DNA of 64,000 nt from Deltaproteobacteria bacterium. Lineage in GTDB: Bacteria; Desulfobacterota; Desulfobaccia; Desulfobaccales; 0-14-0-80-60-11. The stretch is from positions 11,935 through 75,934 of the forward strand of contig VGSJ01000003.1 in NCBI GenBank assembly GCA_016875015.1, given 5' to 3'. The stretch's first letter is position 1. Each line of letters starts with the position of its first letter. Positions 26,437 to 36,895 of the stretch are shown piece after piece. The position numbers and the translations under genes were made by a program. Below the pieces are notes generated by a model. The model worked only from the letters and a program-made list of their open reading frames with translations. It searched no databases and had not been told where the DNA came from.

Positions 26437-27567
26437 TTATATTTGCGACTTTCGCGCTAAAATTTCCTGGTAAACCCTTTCATATTGTTCCGCCATGGCC
26501 GTGATTGTCCATTGTTGCGCCAGTCGTCTGGCTCTTTGCGACCGTCGCTGCGCTTCTTCAGGATACGCCAGGGTCCGCTTTATGGCCCGGGCGATCTCTG
26601 CCGGTTGAAAGCGATTCACCAGCAAGGCGCGGTTCTCATCCAGGAACTGGCGATGCTCGGGAATGTCGGAGACCACCAAAGGGCAGCCGCAGGCCATGGC
26701 TTCCAGCACCGTGTTGGGGAAGCCTTCAAAGTGACTGACGGAAACAAATACCTCCGCCAGCTTCATTAGGGGCCAGACGTGATCGACGAATCCCGGCAGC
26801 AGCACCCGATCGGCGATCCCCAGTTCCCTGGCCATTTTCTGAATTGCCGGCAGGCGGGGGCCGTCACCGCAAAAAACGCCGACAATGTCCGGATCGTCCC
26901 TCAAATAACTCAGCGCCATTAACAAATTATCCAGGTTCTTCACATGGGTTACGCCATTCTTATATTTCTCCAGGTCAAAGCGGCCGACAAAGAGCACGAT
27001 CTTTTGGGATGGGGCCAGGCCAAGTTCGTCTTTCGAACTTGCGGAAACTGTTTCGATCTCTTTAAGAGGCAGTCCATTGGGAATAATATATCGCGGTTTA
27101 TTTTTATAATATTTCTGCCAGTAAAGATCACCCATGGGTGAGTTGGAAACAATGGCATCGGTATTGGCAATCAGCCAGCGGCGCAATAAAAATTTCCAGT
27201 TATTGGGATAGGCCAGTTCGTTGGAGGGCTCCCTGATTACCCAGGGCGTGCGGGTAAGGGTTGCGACAATTCCCCCCAGAATGTCCATTTGCATCGACCA
27301 GCTATGGACGATATCCGGCTTGACTTCCCTGATTAACCGCACCAATTGCCGCAGGATATTAAGATCGTAATTATTTCGGCTGCGCAGCAGGTGAAGAATC
27401 ACCTGATTATTTGCCAAACGAGAAAGATAGGGGCCTCCTGCCAATAAGGCGGCATGCACCTGAAGACCCATCTTGGCCATCTCCGGGGCCAGATAAGAGA
27501 GTTGTCTCTCGGCGCCGCCGTAAGACAAGTGGTTAATCAAATGCAGGATACGCAAGGCTCTAACCAC
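26437..27567 (-). CDS. Family 4 (GT-B) glycosyltransferase
   Basis: LRILHLINHLSYGGAERQ N-terminus and SHFEGFPNTVLEAMACGCPLVVSD (E-x7-E). Confidence 0.85.
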   Translation of the reverse strand: MVRALRILHLINHLSYGGAERQLSYLAPEMAKMGLQVHAALLAGGPYLSRLANNQVILHLLRSRNNYDLNILRQLVRLIREVKPDIVHSWSMQMDILGGIVATLTRTPWVIREPSNELAYPNNWKFLLRRWLIANTDAIVSNSPMGDLYWQKYYKNKPRYIIPNGLPLKEIETVSASSKDELGLAPSQKIVLFVGRFDLEKYKNGVTHVKNLDNLLMALSYLRDDPDIVGVFCGDGPRLPAIQKMARELGIADRVLLPGFVDHVWPLMKLAEVFVSVSHFEGFPNTVLEAMACGCPLVVSDIPEHRQFLDENRALLVNRFQPAEIARAIKRTLAYPEEAQRRSQRARRLAQQWTITAMAEQYERVYQEILARKSQI

Positions 27568-29026
27568 TCTCCGTCATTAAAGCTTTACGCCCCGGGGAGA
27601 GGAGGATCTGGCCCAGTTTTACCAAAAGCACACCAGGGATCAACTGATAAACAATGATGGTTAAAAAATAGAAAGTTGAGGCCCGATAAGTGTAGTAGCT
27701 GAACAGGCATAGCCACAGATAAAAGAAAGTCACCCAATAACTTTCGGCGCGCCGGACATACCAGCGATGCACCGCCGCAAAAAGATAACCCAAGACGGCG
27801 CCTCGCAGGATCAACTCCAGCCAGCCCCAGCCGATGACCCCCTGGGACATCACTCCGAACATAAATCCCACCCCCGATTCCTTTTGCCCGATCTTTTCCA
27901 AATACCACTGGGCCGGATCCACCTTGGCAAAGGGGAGCAGTTGTTGCGGGATAAGAGCCAAAAAGTCGGCAAAGTAGGCGGCCTTGGGAATCTCCCCCAT
28001 GAGGCCTTTCACTTTCATATCCTGCAAATCTGCGGCGGTTCCCAGCAGAATTTGAAATTCATTGACCATGGCGAACATGCTCTGATCCCAAGTCAGAGTC
28101 ATGGGAAGCCCGCCTTTGGCGAGAACGAAAACCCGCAGTCCCCCATAAACCAGGGCTCCCGAGAGCATAACCACCCCCAACAGAATCAGCGTAGAAATCC
28201 TTAAGGGTTTGATCAACCTGTGGTAGGTCAGGACCGCAGCCAGGAGCAAGAGGAAGAATTCGGTGCGGCCCCCCATCCGGGTCAGGGTTATGCCGATTTC
28301 CACCCCCAGCCACAACAAAAGCACGTAACGCCACCGCTTCTGTCGCCAGCGCTGTATCAGAAGTATTACCAGCGCCAGTTTAAGCAAGATGTAGATGCCG
28401 AAGAGGTGCGACGATACCTGGTTCACTATAAGGGGCAAATTTTTGAAGGCGGCGTAGGTTGCCGCCAAATCTTCATACGTATGCCAGAAGTTAGCCCCGG
28501 TGACTACATACAACAAGATTAAATAGATGAGGATACCCAGGGTCAAGACCACCAGGCTCACGGAGGTCGGGGGATCCGTCTTATCCATGGAGACTCCCTG
28601 AGCCGAAAACCGGCCGCGTTGGTGGAGATAAACCACGGCAAAGCTCAACAGATAACCAACATTCCACCAGGCGAAACGGCCCACTTGCGCCGGTGACAAA
28701 TTCAGGGTTAACAACCGGTTGTCACTCAAAACGGTCCAGGTCAGGCCCGACAACAAATAACCGAGTGGCGGGATCAGGGCATAAGCTGTCGTGACCAAAA
28801 TGGTCATGGTCCCCAGTTCGAATAATGGAAAGACCCCTTCTCTCCGCCGCAGGACGGTCAGGGCGCCGAAAGCAATAGCGGCTATTATTATCGACGGTAA
28901 AGCAACGCTTCTCTGCTCTGGGGTCATTATCCAGAGGATAACAAAGATAGTGTAGACCGCGGTCAAAAATGGAATTGCTTTTCGACTAAGAATTAGGGAA
29001 ATTTTTGATGTATCATTTGTCTTCAC
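27560..29026 (-). CDS. wzy: Polytopic membrane protein, Wzy-like oligosaccharide repeat-unit polymerase
   Basis: 488 aa with ~10-12 hydrophobic helices and one large loop. No soluble-enzyme motifs. Sits among GT and Wzx genes. The call rests on architecture and context only. Confidence 0.55.
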   Translation of the reverse strand: MKTNDTSKISLILSRKAIPFLTAVYTIFVILWIMTPEQRSVALPSIIIAAIAFGALTVLRRREGVFPLFELGTMTILVTTAYALIPPLGYLLSGLTWTVLSDNRLLTLNLSPAQVGRFAWWNVGYLLSFAVVYLHQRGRFSAQGVSMDKTDPPTSVSLVVLTLGILIYLILLYVVTGANFWHTYEDLAATYAAFKNLPLIVNQVSSHLFGIYILLKLALVILLIQRWRQKRWRYVLLLWLGVEIGITLTRMGGRTEFFLLLLAAVLTYHRLIKPLRISTLILLGVVMLSGALVYGGLRVFVLAKGGLPMTLTWDQSMFAMVNEFQILLGTAADLQDMKVKGLMGEIPKAAYFADFLALIPQQLLPFAKVDPAQWYLEKIGQKESGVGFMFGVMSQGVIGWGWLELILRGAVLGYLFAAVHRWYVRRAESYWVTFFYLWLCLFSYYTYRASTFYFLTIIVYQLIPGVLLVKLGQILLSPGRKALMTESG

Positions 29027-29067
29027 TCAAATATTCTCCATTACTATTACGATAGGCTTTTAATGCC

Positions 29068-29903
29068 TCAGCCATTCTTAACTATTTCAAATACGAACTG
29101 ATTATTGCCATGACCACCCCCACAGGTCTTTAAATTGATTAAATTAAATCCTCTATCTCGGTAGAAAACAAAAATTTCTTCAGGCTTCGCAACTTCGAAA
29201 GGCAATCCTCCGAGCCAATCCAACCAGTCGGTCACCAGTGACATGCCGCGCTCATAGCTATCAAGATATCTTCTTAGGGGATTTTTCATTCTCACTAAAT
29301 CGGCGGCGACTCCTCTAATAATATAATAAGGGAAGAACATCAGAATAATAAAGGTCTTTCCCAATGGCCCTGAACAAAATATTTCTTTAATCCTTTTCCA
29401 GAGAATGGATTTGATCCCTTGGTCATTATAAATGGCAATGAACAATTTCCCCTGAGGGGCGACGGCCATTTGGGCCTTCGCCAAGGCCTGCCACATCTGG
29501 CCGGTGTGGTGCAAAACTCCCCAGGCATAAACCAGGTCATGCGACCCCAACGATTTCATGTAATCGACATCAAGAACCGAACCCTGGCCGATGATCCAAT
29601 CAGGGTCATCAGGGAAATAACGCCGTTTTAACTCTAAAGTACAAGCCACTGAATGAGGATCATAATCAAAGGAACGAACCATGGCGCAAGCCGCCTGGCT
29701 GCCAGACTAAATAATCCGCTCCCGGAACCGATGTCTAGAAAACGCTTGCCGGAGAAGTCATGGATTCCCAACATTTCTTGAAGGGAATTCTCTGCAATCC
29801 GAATAGATTCTTCATTGATTCGAGAGAGAAACTTTTGCCAATTTTTGCCAAATTCAAACCGCTTTCCCTGCTTGACATCCAGATCATAACCGATCATTGG
29901 CAA
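29068..29903 (-). pseudogene. SAM methyltransferase split by a frameshift
   Basis: Upstream ORF 29634..29903 carries motif I (FLDIGSGSGLFSLAARRL). Downstream ORF 29068..29682 continues with (M)VRSFDYDPHSV...VYAWGVLHH. The two frames join if one base is added near 29685..29695, turning cggcttgcgccatgg into cggcttgGcgccatgg and giving RLGAMVRSFDYD. Confidence 0.7.
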
Positions 29904-29927
29904 TCTCCCTTGACGCTGCCCTGGCCT

Positions 29928-30728
29928 TCAGGAATTGCGGGGGTTTGTCCACTCCTCGACGCGTCCCATCTCCAGAACCAGCATGGGAGCCAATGCGCCG
30001 ATGTCGAACGGTTGCAGCAAGCCCAGCAGATTTACCAGATGATTGATAATTCTGGCCGCCGGGAGGGGCCAGCGCTTATGCAGGCTGAGGACCCAGGGAG
30101 AAATCCGACCGGCGGGGTAAGCTGCCGTCTGGCATGCCAGATCGGACGGGGCCAGTCGCGCCAAGGGCCCGGGCCGCATGATATTCAGGTTGTGGATATC
30201 GAGATTCTCAGGATCAAAGAACCGTTGCAGCGTGCCATAGATCCCGCCATAATTGGGAATAGTTATTAGAGCACGTCCCCCGGGTTTAAGAAGAAGGACA
30301 TGCCGACGCACCATTTCAGTGGGATCAATAAAATGCTCAATAAACCCCTGACTGTAAACCAGGTCGAAGGACCCCGGGGGAAAGGTCGTGACGCGGATAT
30401 CCTCGCAGCGCAAATCCCCCGGAATCTGCAAAACTTCGAAGAGCTTCCAGGCAGACCTCACCCCGGTTTCGGAAAAATCGACCCCGGCCACCTGGGCCCC
30501 CAGCGCCTTGGCCACCCAGGCCAGCATGTTGCCCGGTGCAAAGCCGATCTCCAAAACTCGCATACCCGGTTTGATCCTGGCCTTTAGCAGACGCTGGATA
30601 TCACGGTTGGACACAAAAAGCCCGCGAGGCAGGCGAAGATCGGTTCCAGTTTGCCAAACCTTATCCCAGTAGGCCGAATTGGTTTTGCTGCCGTCACGCT
30701 CCATTTTCAAGATTGCCTGAGGGCTCAA
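29928..30728 (-). CDS. Class I SAM-dependent methyltransferase
   Basis: MRVLEIGFAPGNM motif I, VAGVDFS, FDLVYSQGFIEH, LKPGGRALI. Confidence 0.75.
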   Translation of the reverse strand: MSPQAILKMERDGSKTNSAYWDKVWQTGTDLRLPRGLFVSNRDIQRLLKARIKPGMRVLEIGFAPGNMLAWVAKALGAQVAGVDFSETGVRSAWKLFEVLQIPGDLRCEDIRVTTFPPGSFDLVYSQGFIEHFIDPTEMVRRHVLLLKPGGRALITIPNYGGIYGTLQRFFDPENLDIHNLNIMRPGPLARLAPSDLACQTAAYPAGRISPWVLSLHKRWPLPAARIINHLVNLLGLLQPFDIGALAPMLVLEMGRVEEWTNPRNS

Positions 30729-30758
30729 TAAGCTATCTCCATCTGGGAGCCATCAACC

Positions 30759-31826
30759 CTATTTCCTCCAGTCGATCCGCGCCATGCCCTGTTGGATCAA
30801 CCGACCGGCCTGGACCAGTATCTTGCCGATGCGGTAATCCCGCAGCACTCGCTGGTATCCCCGCAGAGCGATGGCCTGCCGTTCTTCATCGTGATCCAGG
30901 TAATACCTGATCTTGTCGATGAGATCATCAGAGTTTTTATAGCCGACGATCTCCTCCCCTTCCCGGAAAAATTGATTGAGATACTCCCCGCCATCCGAGA
31001 TTTGCATGACCCCGTTGGCCGGCAATTCGAACAGGCGATATGACCCCACCGTGCAGTCACCCCGATTGTGAACATTGAAACCGATCTTCGTCCGTTGATA
31101 AAGGGGCACAAATTGTTCATAGGGAATAGGTCTTACCCAGCCGGGGAAGCCGTATTTCAGGTTGAAATAAAGGTTTTTTTTGAGGCTGTACGGGCCATGC
31201 AATCGTAATCGGCGTCCAAACGCCTTTTTAACTTTTGCCAAAAGGGACATTTTACTACGATGGAAGTTGCCCACAAAAATGATGTCGATATCTCTTTGGC
31301 CGGCCAGGATGGTTTCCACCGTCTTGGTATGGTCAGAGTAAATATCAAAAAACCCCAAAGGCCACCAGTCGGCGTTGTGCATGCCGCAGTACCGCAATTT
31401 GTCGGCCATGCCCAGATCCAGGCTGTAAGCGGGACTGTGGTAAAGCACCTGTTGATAAGCATGCAAATAGGCGAAATCCCGATCATAGGCCGATATGGGA
31501 CCATCTGCGATCCGCAGGACTTTGTAAACCGGCAGCCTTCGCAGATATTCGGGATGATACGGCGGACAATTATCGACGATGATGGCATCGGCCTGCTGGT
31601 CTTTGATGAAAGCCGAGAAATCCTCATATAAGTGCATTAGCCCGGGATGCCTGTCAAAATAAAGATTGTCTAAAAGCTGGGCCCGGAGATACAACCTATA
31701 ATCCGGAAGATAGGGATCGTGGTTGAAGGGAATGAAGCGAAATTCCTCATTGGAGGCTGCGGCTATCTCTCTTTGCCAGAAATCAGCTTCGTAGCCCTTT
31801 TTGTTAAATGAGTATACTATATTCAT
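30759..31826 (-). CDS. CgeB/DUF3880-like glycosyltransferase
   Basis: The C-terminal half (IFVGNF...YQRTKIGFNVH...SYRLFELPANGVMQISD...YKNSDDLIDKIRYYLDHDEERQAIA) resembles the Glyco_trans_1_2/CgeB family. Confidence 0.6.
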   Translation of the reverse strand: MNIVYSFNKKGYEADFWQREIAAASNEEFRFIPFNHDPYLPDYRLYLRAQLLDNLYFDRHPGLMHLYEDFSAFIKDQQADAIIVDNCPPYHPEYLRRLPVYKVLRIADGPISAYDRDFAYLHAYQQVLYHSPAYSLDLGMADKLRYCGMHNADWWPLGFFDIYSDHTKTVETILAGQRDIDIIFVGNFHRSKMSLLAKVKKAFGRRLRLHGPYSLKKNLYFNLKYGFPGWVRPIPYEQFVPLYQRTKIGFNVHNRGDCTVGSYRLFELPANGVMQISDGGEYLNQFFREGEEIVGYKNSDDLIDKIRYYLDHDEERQAIALRGYQRVLRDYRIGKILVQAGRLIQQGMARIDWRK

Positions 31827-31962
31827 TGTAACGAAAATCCCCTCTAAACACTGGCCATGGTAAATCTGTCAGCGACTGGGCTGATTTTTGATGAAACCTG
31901 TTAAGCTGTCGCATATTATGTTGGATACGTATTCACAACCTCTTTCATTATAATGCACTAAA

Positions 31963-32811
31963 TCATATATATTCCTTTTCCTGTGGGACTTCCTTAGCCA
32001 AATCGATTAATTTTATACCTTTGTTAGAAGCAACTTCTCGCATTACTTGATTGAACATATCATATATTTGTTTAAACTCATAATACTCTACGCCACGAGT
32101 TCCAACATGGATGTCCACTTCGTATCTAACAATTTCATCAGGGGATTCTTTTAATCTATTTGCCTGAGTCATGAAAACCAGGGTAATATTTCTGGTCTCA
32201 CATAACTTAACAAAAGTTTCTAAATTCATTTTATATTGAGAAACTAACTCAGATTTATTGATATTAATTTTCTTTTTCCTTACATGCCTCCACTCATCCG
32301 GGGGAAAAAAATCTAAATATATTTGCAGACATAAACGGCCTAAATTCGGCAATCCTAACTTGACGGCATCTCTTACCAGGCCTTTGATAGAGGGCTGGGC
32401 TTCAACAATAAGGGAACGGGTCGGGCTATTGTTCCAGTACGATTGATCATATAGTAAAGAAATTAAGTCATTGAAATTCTCCATCAAAATTACAACATCT
32501 GGATTAATCGGGATTATTTTATTTAACAGAATGTCAATTAAGTGCAGCGTATTATTGCCAGCCACACCAGAATTATATGAATTAATTTTTACATTGGTTT
32601 TTGATTCTATTAGTCGTCCGGCCAGATAAGGAAATCTCTTGTCTTCATTAACAAATAAACATTCGGTTGTTGAGCCACCAAGAAAAACTATTGTTACATC
32701 CGGTTTAGAATGAATTTTAGATGGGATAATAAATCCATCTCCATCAGTTCTGAATCTATATCTCTTTTTTGCCAAGAATTCGGCAAATTGCATATTTACT
32801 TTTGAAGGCAC
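31963..32811 (-). CDS. SGNH/GDSL-like hydrolase (possible glycan esterase/acyltransferase), N-terminus uncertain
   Basis: Block I-like IVFLGGSTTE and a later block VVILMENFNDL. Very AT-rich. The track start is a GTG. The frame stays open upstream to an in-frame TGA at 32965..32967, which follows an ATG at 32991. Confidence 0.55.
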   Translation of the reverse strand: MPSKVNMQFAEFLAKKRYRFRTDGDGFIIPSKIHSKPDVTIVFLGGSTTECLFVNEDKRFPYLAGRLIESKTNVKINSYNSGVAGNNTLHLIDILLNKIIPINPDVVILMENFNDLISLLYDQSYWNNSPTRSLIVEAQPSIKGLVRDAVKLGLPNLGRLCLQIYLDFFPPDEWRHVRKKKININKSELVSQYKMNLETFVKLCETRNITLVFMTQANRLKESPDEIVRYEVDIHVGTRGVEYYEFKQIYDMFNQVMREVASNKGIKLIDLAKEVPQEKEYI

Positions 32812-33116
32812 AACATAACTATCTTGAAGTATATGATGCTCTCTTAATCGTATATGCCTTTCGCTATTTGAGTATTTATTTTTAGTAATAGCTGGTAAGA
32901 GCCTGTCTGTTGCAACAGCAATTATAATAAAAAATGTTAAGATGAATAACCCGACAATAGCATATCATTTTTTGCCGAAGTTTTTGGGCATATTAATACC
33001 TCAACCGAGATTATGTGGCAGCCTTGGTTTTCTCTGTACAAGAATAGCACTTTGGGGATGAGAGCATGCGGCAATTTTTTTCGCTACGGTCCAAAAGAGG
33101 TTTTGAGAATCCAGGT

Positions 33117-33788
33117 TTAAAGACATTTTTTTGACTTCACTATAAAATTCCAACTGTAGTACCAGTCGCGGTTCCGATAATTATGAATAACTTCAAACCA
33201 TTGAGAAAAGCGGTCAATTAAGTCGCGGACCCGGAAGCCGCGCCTACCCACTTCCCAAAAGTGTTGCCCCTGAGCATATCTCGAGGTGATGCCATCAGGT
33301 TTATGGAAATAATTAAAAATATCGATAGTAAGGGGAATATCGATTCCTTTGGCATCCCCTTTAATTCGCGCCTGAAAATGTCGCCCGGCGATGGGCAGGT
33401 AAATCAGGGCATAACGTCCGATGCGGGCAATTTCCTTTAATGAAGTGTTCAAATACGGTTCGGCCAAATGCTCCAAGACATGCGAGCATACAACCGCATC
33501 AAATTGACCGTCTTCAAACATAGACATATCATGCACGCTGCCTATATGATCCGGCTTGAAGGTCTCATCAATATCCAAGGTTATTACATCATAGTCACGC
33601 CATCTTAATAATACCGTCGAAAGCCCTTGACCTGGACCGATAATCAGCACCCTCTTGATATTTTTACATAATAACAAGTCACGATATTGATAATAGGTAT
33701 TAACAAAGTTAGATAAATGTAACTGCTTAGCCCATTCCTGCCTATCAAATTTCATTACATCCGGCAAAGGAATTTCAGCTTGTTTCAT
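33117..33788 (-). CDS. Class I SAM-dependent methyltransferase
   Basis: VLIIGPGQGLS motif I, VITLDID, FDAVVCSHVLEHL. Confidence 0.7.
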   Translation of the reverse strand: MKQAEIPLPDVMKFDRQEWAKQLHLSNFVNTYYQYRDLLLCKNIKRVLIIGPGQGLSTVLLRWRDYDVITLDIDETFKPDHIGSVHDMSMFEDGQFDAVVCSHVLEHLAEPYLNTSLKEIARIGRYALIYLPIAGRHFQARIKGDAKGIDIPLTIDIFNYFHKPDGITSRYAQGQHFWEVGRRGFRVRDLIDRFSQWFEVIHNYRNRDWYYSWNFIVKSKKCL

Positions 33789-33834
33789 TATTATATCCTA
33801 ATCGCATTAGTTTTTTTAGAAAAGTACCAGTTAA

Positions 33835-34656
33835 TTATCTTATATCTTCTAGTACAAGCAACATGTCACCTCCACATCTATAATGGAAACTCCTGGCATT
33901 AAATTCACTCGGATATAATGACACCAATCTATATCCCATTTGGGTAACGAACTCGTATAATTCAGCTAATTGAGATTGATTTTTATAAGCCGGGACAAAA
34001 ATAACTTCTATCAATAGAAATGTTACTCTTTTATTTTTGAGCAGATTTTTAGCGCCGATCAAGGCATTCAGTTCATAGCCCTGTAAATCCAATTTTATCA
34101 GGTCGATAGATGATATGTTATGAGTTTCCGCCCAATCATCGAGTGTGGTCATTTCTACATCGATATTTTCCAATAATTGCATCTGTTCAGCTTTTTCCGC
34201 ATATTTAGTGCAACTATCCGCCCCAGCTAATAAAGAGCCGGTTTGGGAATCGTAATTCTTATAAAAGGTCACAAACTGGTTGGCCTCCCCCAGGGCCAGA
34301 TTCAGCGGTCTTATACCGGCATAACTTTCTGTATTTTGACATAATACCTTAAAATTTTCCGGCTCCGGTTCAAAGCTGTAAATAATGGCCTGGGGAAAGG
34401 CGTCAACTAGGGCTAACGAGGTTTCGCCCCGATGGGCGCCGCCATCAATGCAACATTTGAGGTCATTCCTGCCGGTACATTTTTTTAAAATAAATCTAAT
34501 GTCTGTCAGGTAATCACCTCCAATATATTGCCTCTTCTTGATAACGATTTTACCGTCAGCTTTGATAAACTCATAACCTAATAATGCCGCCGCCTTTTGT
34601 ATATGTCGCTTCAGTTTTCTATTGTATTTATAGATTGTTGCACTAAATTTATTCAA
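33835..34656 (-). CDS. FkbM-family methyltransferase
   Basis: CIDGGAHRGETSL...YSFEPEPENF...LIKLDLQGYEL, typical FkbM motifs. Confidence 0.8.
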   Translation of the reverse strand: MNKFSATIYKYNRKLKRHIQKAAALLGYEFIKADGKIVIKKRQYIGGDYLTDIRFILKKCTGRNDLKCCIDGGAHRGETSLALVDAFPQAIIYSFEPEPENFKVLCQNTESYAGIRPLNLALGEANQFVTFYKNYDSQTGSLLAGADSCTKYAEKAEQMQLLENIDVEMTTLDDWAETHNISSIDLIKLDLQGYELNALIGAKNLLKNKRVTFLLIEVIFVPAYKNQSQLAELYEFVTQMGYRLVSLYPSEFNARSFHYRCGGDMLLVLEDIR

Positions 34657-34686
34657 CGATTGCTCCTCTGATAGTTATCCTGCTCT

Positions 34687-35532
34687 TCATAGCCCCGGTA
34701 AATCCACGGCCGCGATGACATTGAATCCTTGCGTCATCTCCATATCATTGGCAGGAAGCAGAATTTTCATGGCCTCGAGGCTAACATATTCCTCTCCCGA
34801 TCTGGTGTCCCAAAAACTGTAACCAAGGTCCTTTAGTATTTTAAAAGGATTCCGATCTTCATTATCAAAGTGCGGCCATACTACTTCCATGAGAAGCACC
34901 GGCTTACACTTTTCTATTATTTTAATACCGCCTTGCAGAATTGAAAACTCATTACCATCCACATCTATCTTAATAAAGTTAATATTTATAATATGGTTTC
35001 CTATACTCCAGTCATCCAGGCGTTCGAAATCGACCACGCTCAAGCCGTCAGCCCGCCCTCCATTAGTAAGCCAGCTAGCTCTAAAATGGACCTGCTGATT
35101 TTTAAGGTTAATATCAGAGAGGGCAATTTTAAATGGGAAAATATTATTAAAATCGTTGAGAGAGATGTTTCTGGTCAGCTTGGCGAAGGCAAAATCGGTG
35201 GGCTCAAAAGCGAAAACCCTGCCCTCAGGCCCCACTTTTTTAGCTAACCTAAACGTATGCGCCCCAATATTGGCGCCGATATCCAAGACCTTCCAGCCCG
35301 GACAGCAGTATTTTTCTATGGCGCTGGCCACATCACGCTCAAAATTCTGCAAATATATGGACACATCTATGATCTCACCCAAGTCCAATTCATAAGCTAT
35401 TCCTTCAATACTGGTGCAGATTATTTTGCCTCTGACCAGACGGTAAAATACTTTCGTATAGAACCGCTTGAGCCACGACACCGGAGTGGCATAATAAATA
35501 TATGATCCTAATTTTACTAATATGTTAATCAT
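34687..35532 (-). CDS. FkbM-family methyltransferase
   Basis: VLDIGANIGAHTF...FAFEPTDFAFAKL...FIKIDVDGNEF. Confidence 0.8.
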   Translation of the reverse strand: MINILVKLGSYIYYATPVSWLKRFYTKVFYRLVRGKIICTSIEGIAYELDLGEIIDVSIYLQNFERDVASAIEKYCCPGWKVLDIGANIGAHTFRLAKKVGPEGRVFAFEPTDFAFAKLTRNISLNDFNNIFPFKIALSDINLKNQQVHFRASWLTNGGRADGLSVVDFERLDDWSIGNHIININFIKIDVDGNEFSILQGGIKIIEKCKPVLLMEVVWPHFDNEDRNPFKILKDLGYSFWDTRSGEEYVSLEAMKILLPANDMEMTQGFNVIAAVDLPGL

Positions 35533-35581
35533 GCAGCAATTTCCCTTTTCACTGCCCGAGTTAAATCTACGCCTATAGCCA

Positions 35582-36895
35582 TTACAATGTCACCCCGGTC
35601 CTTCTTACCACCACACTTATGCTTAATAGGGCGATTGCCCAACCGGCCGTGTAGGCCCATGCCAGGCCCATGGCCCCTAAATGTGGGGCAATCAAATAGG
35701 CCAAAATAACCAGAGTAACATGGTTTGGAATCGCCACCCCAAACAGGGTTAACCACATCATTTTCTTGGTTTGCATCACTTGATAAAGCGAAATCGCCAC
35801 AATTTCGATAAAACCTGATAAAAGCAGAATCAGCAGCACTGGAGATGCCTCTTCAAAACTTTTACCGAATAATCCTAATATTCTTTGACCTGCAAAATAA
35901 ACGACTATCCCACCAGCTAAAACTAATACGCTGGTTATAATTAAATTAATCCAATAAGTTCGACGGTATTCATTTTCATTGACTAACCCTTTCTGATAAT
36001 TTAGGATAGAACAAGACACATTGTTGATATTTCTAGGTAATAATAAAATAAGTGTTCTTATATTCATCGCCGCGCTATACATTGCCATTTCATTATATCC
36101 GTTAGGGGAACGCACCAAAAAAACATTCGCCAGCCATAACGCCGGCATTGATATAAGGCCGCTTAATGCCGCCGGCAGGACAAAATTCGTTAAGGCCCGG
36201 CGTTCTCTCCCCAACTCATGGTAACTCGGGAAAATCCCTTGGGCGCGACTCGCCTCTTTTAAAAAGTGTTGATGAATAAGCCAGTTGACCATGCCACTGA
36301 TTGCTAACCCGGTGAGCGCCCCGTTGATCCCCCAGTTCCAAGCCCCAAGACTACAAAGGGGCACCATTAAACAACTATTACATAATCCTGCCTTTGCCAG
36401 GTTCTTGAAATTTTCCAGGCCGGATAAGGCCCCAATTTGATAACCGTTAATTACCGCAAAGAAGAGAAAACCTCCGCCAATCTGCAAGCTTAATGATAGG
36501 TGTGGGGCTTTAAGAATATGGTCGGACAACCAGGGAGCCAAACTGCATAATATGATAACCGCCAGCGCCCCCGTTGCTGCGGAGACGATGGTGCACAAGC
36601 CCAAAATGCGCCCTGCTCTGTCCGGATCGCGCACTCTGAACTCCGCTAGATAGCGGGTTGCCGTTATGCCGGTGGAAACCTGGGCTATGAGAGAAATTGT
36701 CATCAGCGTACTCAGAATGATGGAATATTCGCCAAACAGGGTTCTTCCCAGCAAGCGGGCAATTATTATGTTAATGGCAAAGGCGCTTCCCTGGTTAAAT
36801 AATGCGCCGATTAAATTCCAGGTTACCCCCACAGACAAGCGACTTATTAGGGAAGAACTGCTATTTGAAATCCTTTCTGTCTGATTGACCGTCAA
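35582..36895 (-). CDS. wzx: Wzx-type (MOP superfamily) polysaccharide flippase
   Basis: 437 aa, ~12 TM helices, polysaccharide-biosynthesis-protein-like N-terminus. Its ATG overlaps the stop of AsnB paralog 3 (ATGA). Confidence 0.8.
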   Translation of the reverse strand: MTVNQTERISNSSSSLISRLSVGVTWNLIGALFNQGSAFAINIIIARLLGRTLFGEYSIILSTLMTISLIAQVSTGITATRYLAEFRVRDPDRAGRILGLCTIVSAATGALAVIILCSLAPWLSDHILKAPHLSLSLQIGGGFLFFAVINGYQIGALSGLENFKNLAKAGLCNSCLMVPLCSLGAWNWGINGALTGLAISGMVNWLIHQHFLKEASRAQGIFPSYHELGRERRALTNFVLPAALSGLISMPALWLANVFLVRSPNGYNEMAMYSAAMNIRTLILLLPRNINNVSCSILNYQKGLVNENEYRRTYWINLIITSVLVLAGGIVVYFAGQRILGLFGKSFEEASPVLLILLLSGFIEIVAISLYQVMQTKKMMWLTLFGVAIPNHVTLVILAYLIAPHLGAMGLAWAYTAGWAIALLSISVVVRRTGVTL

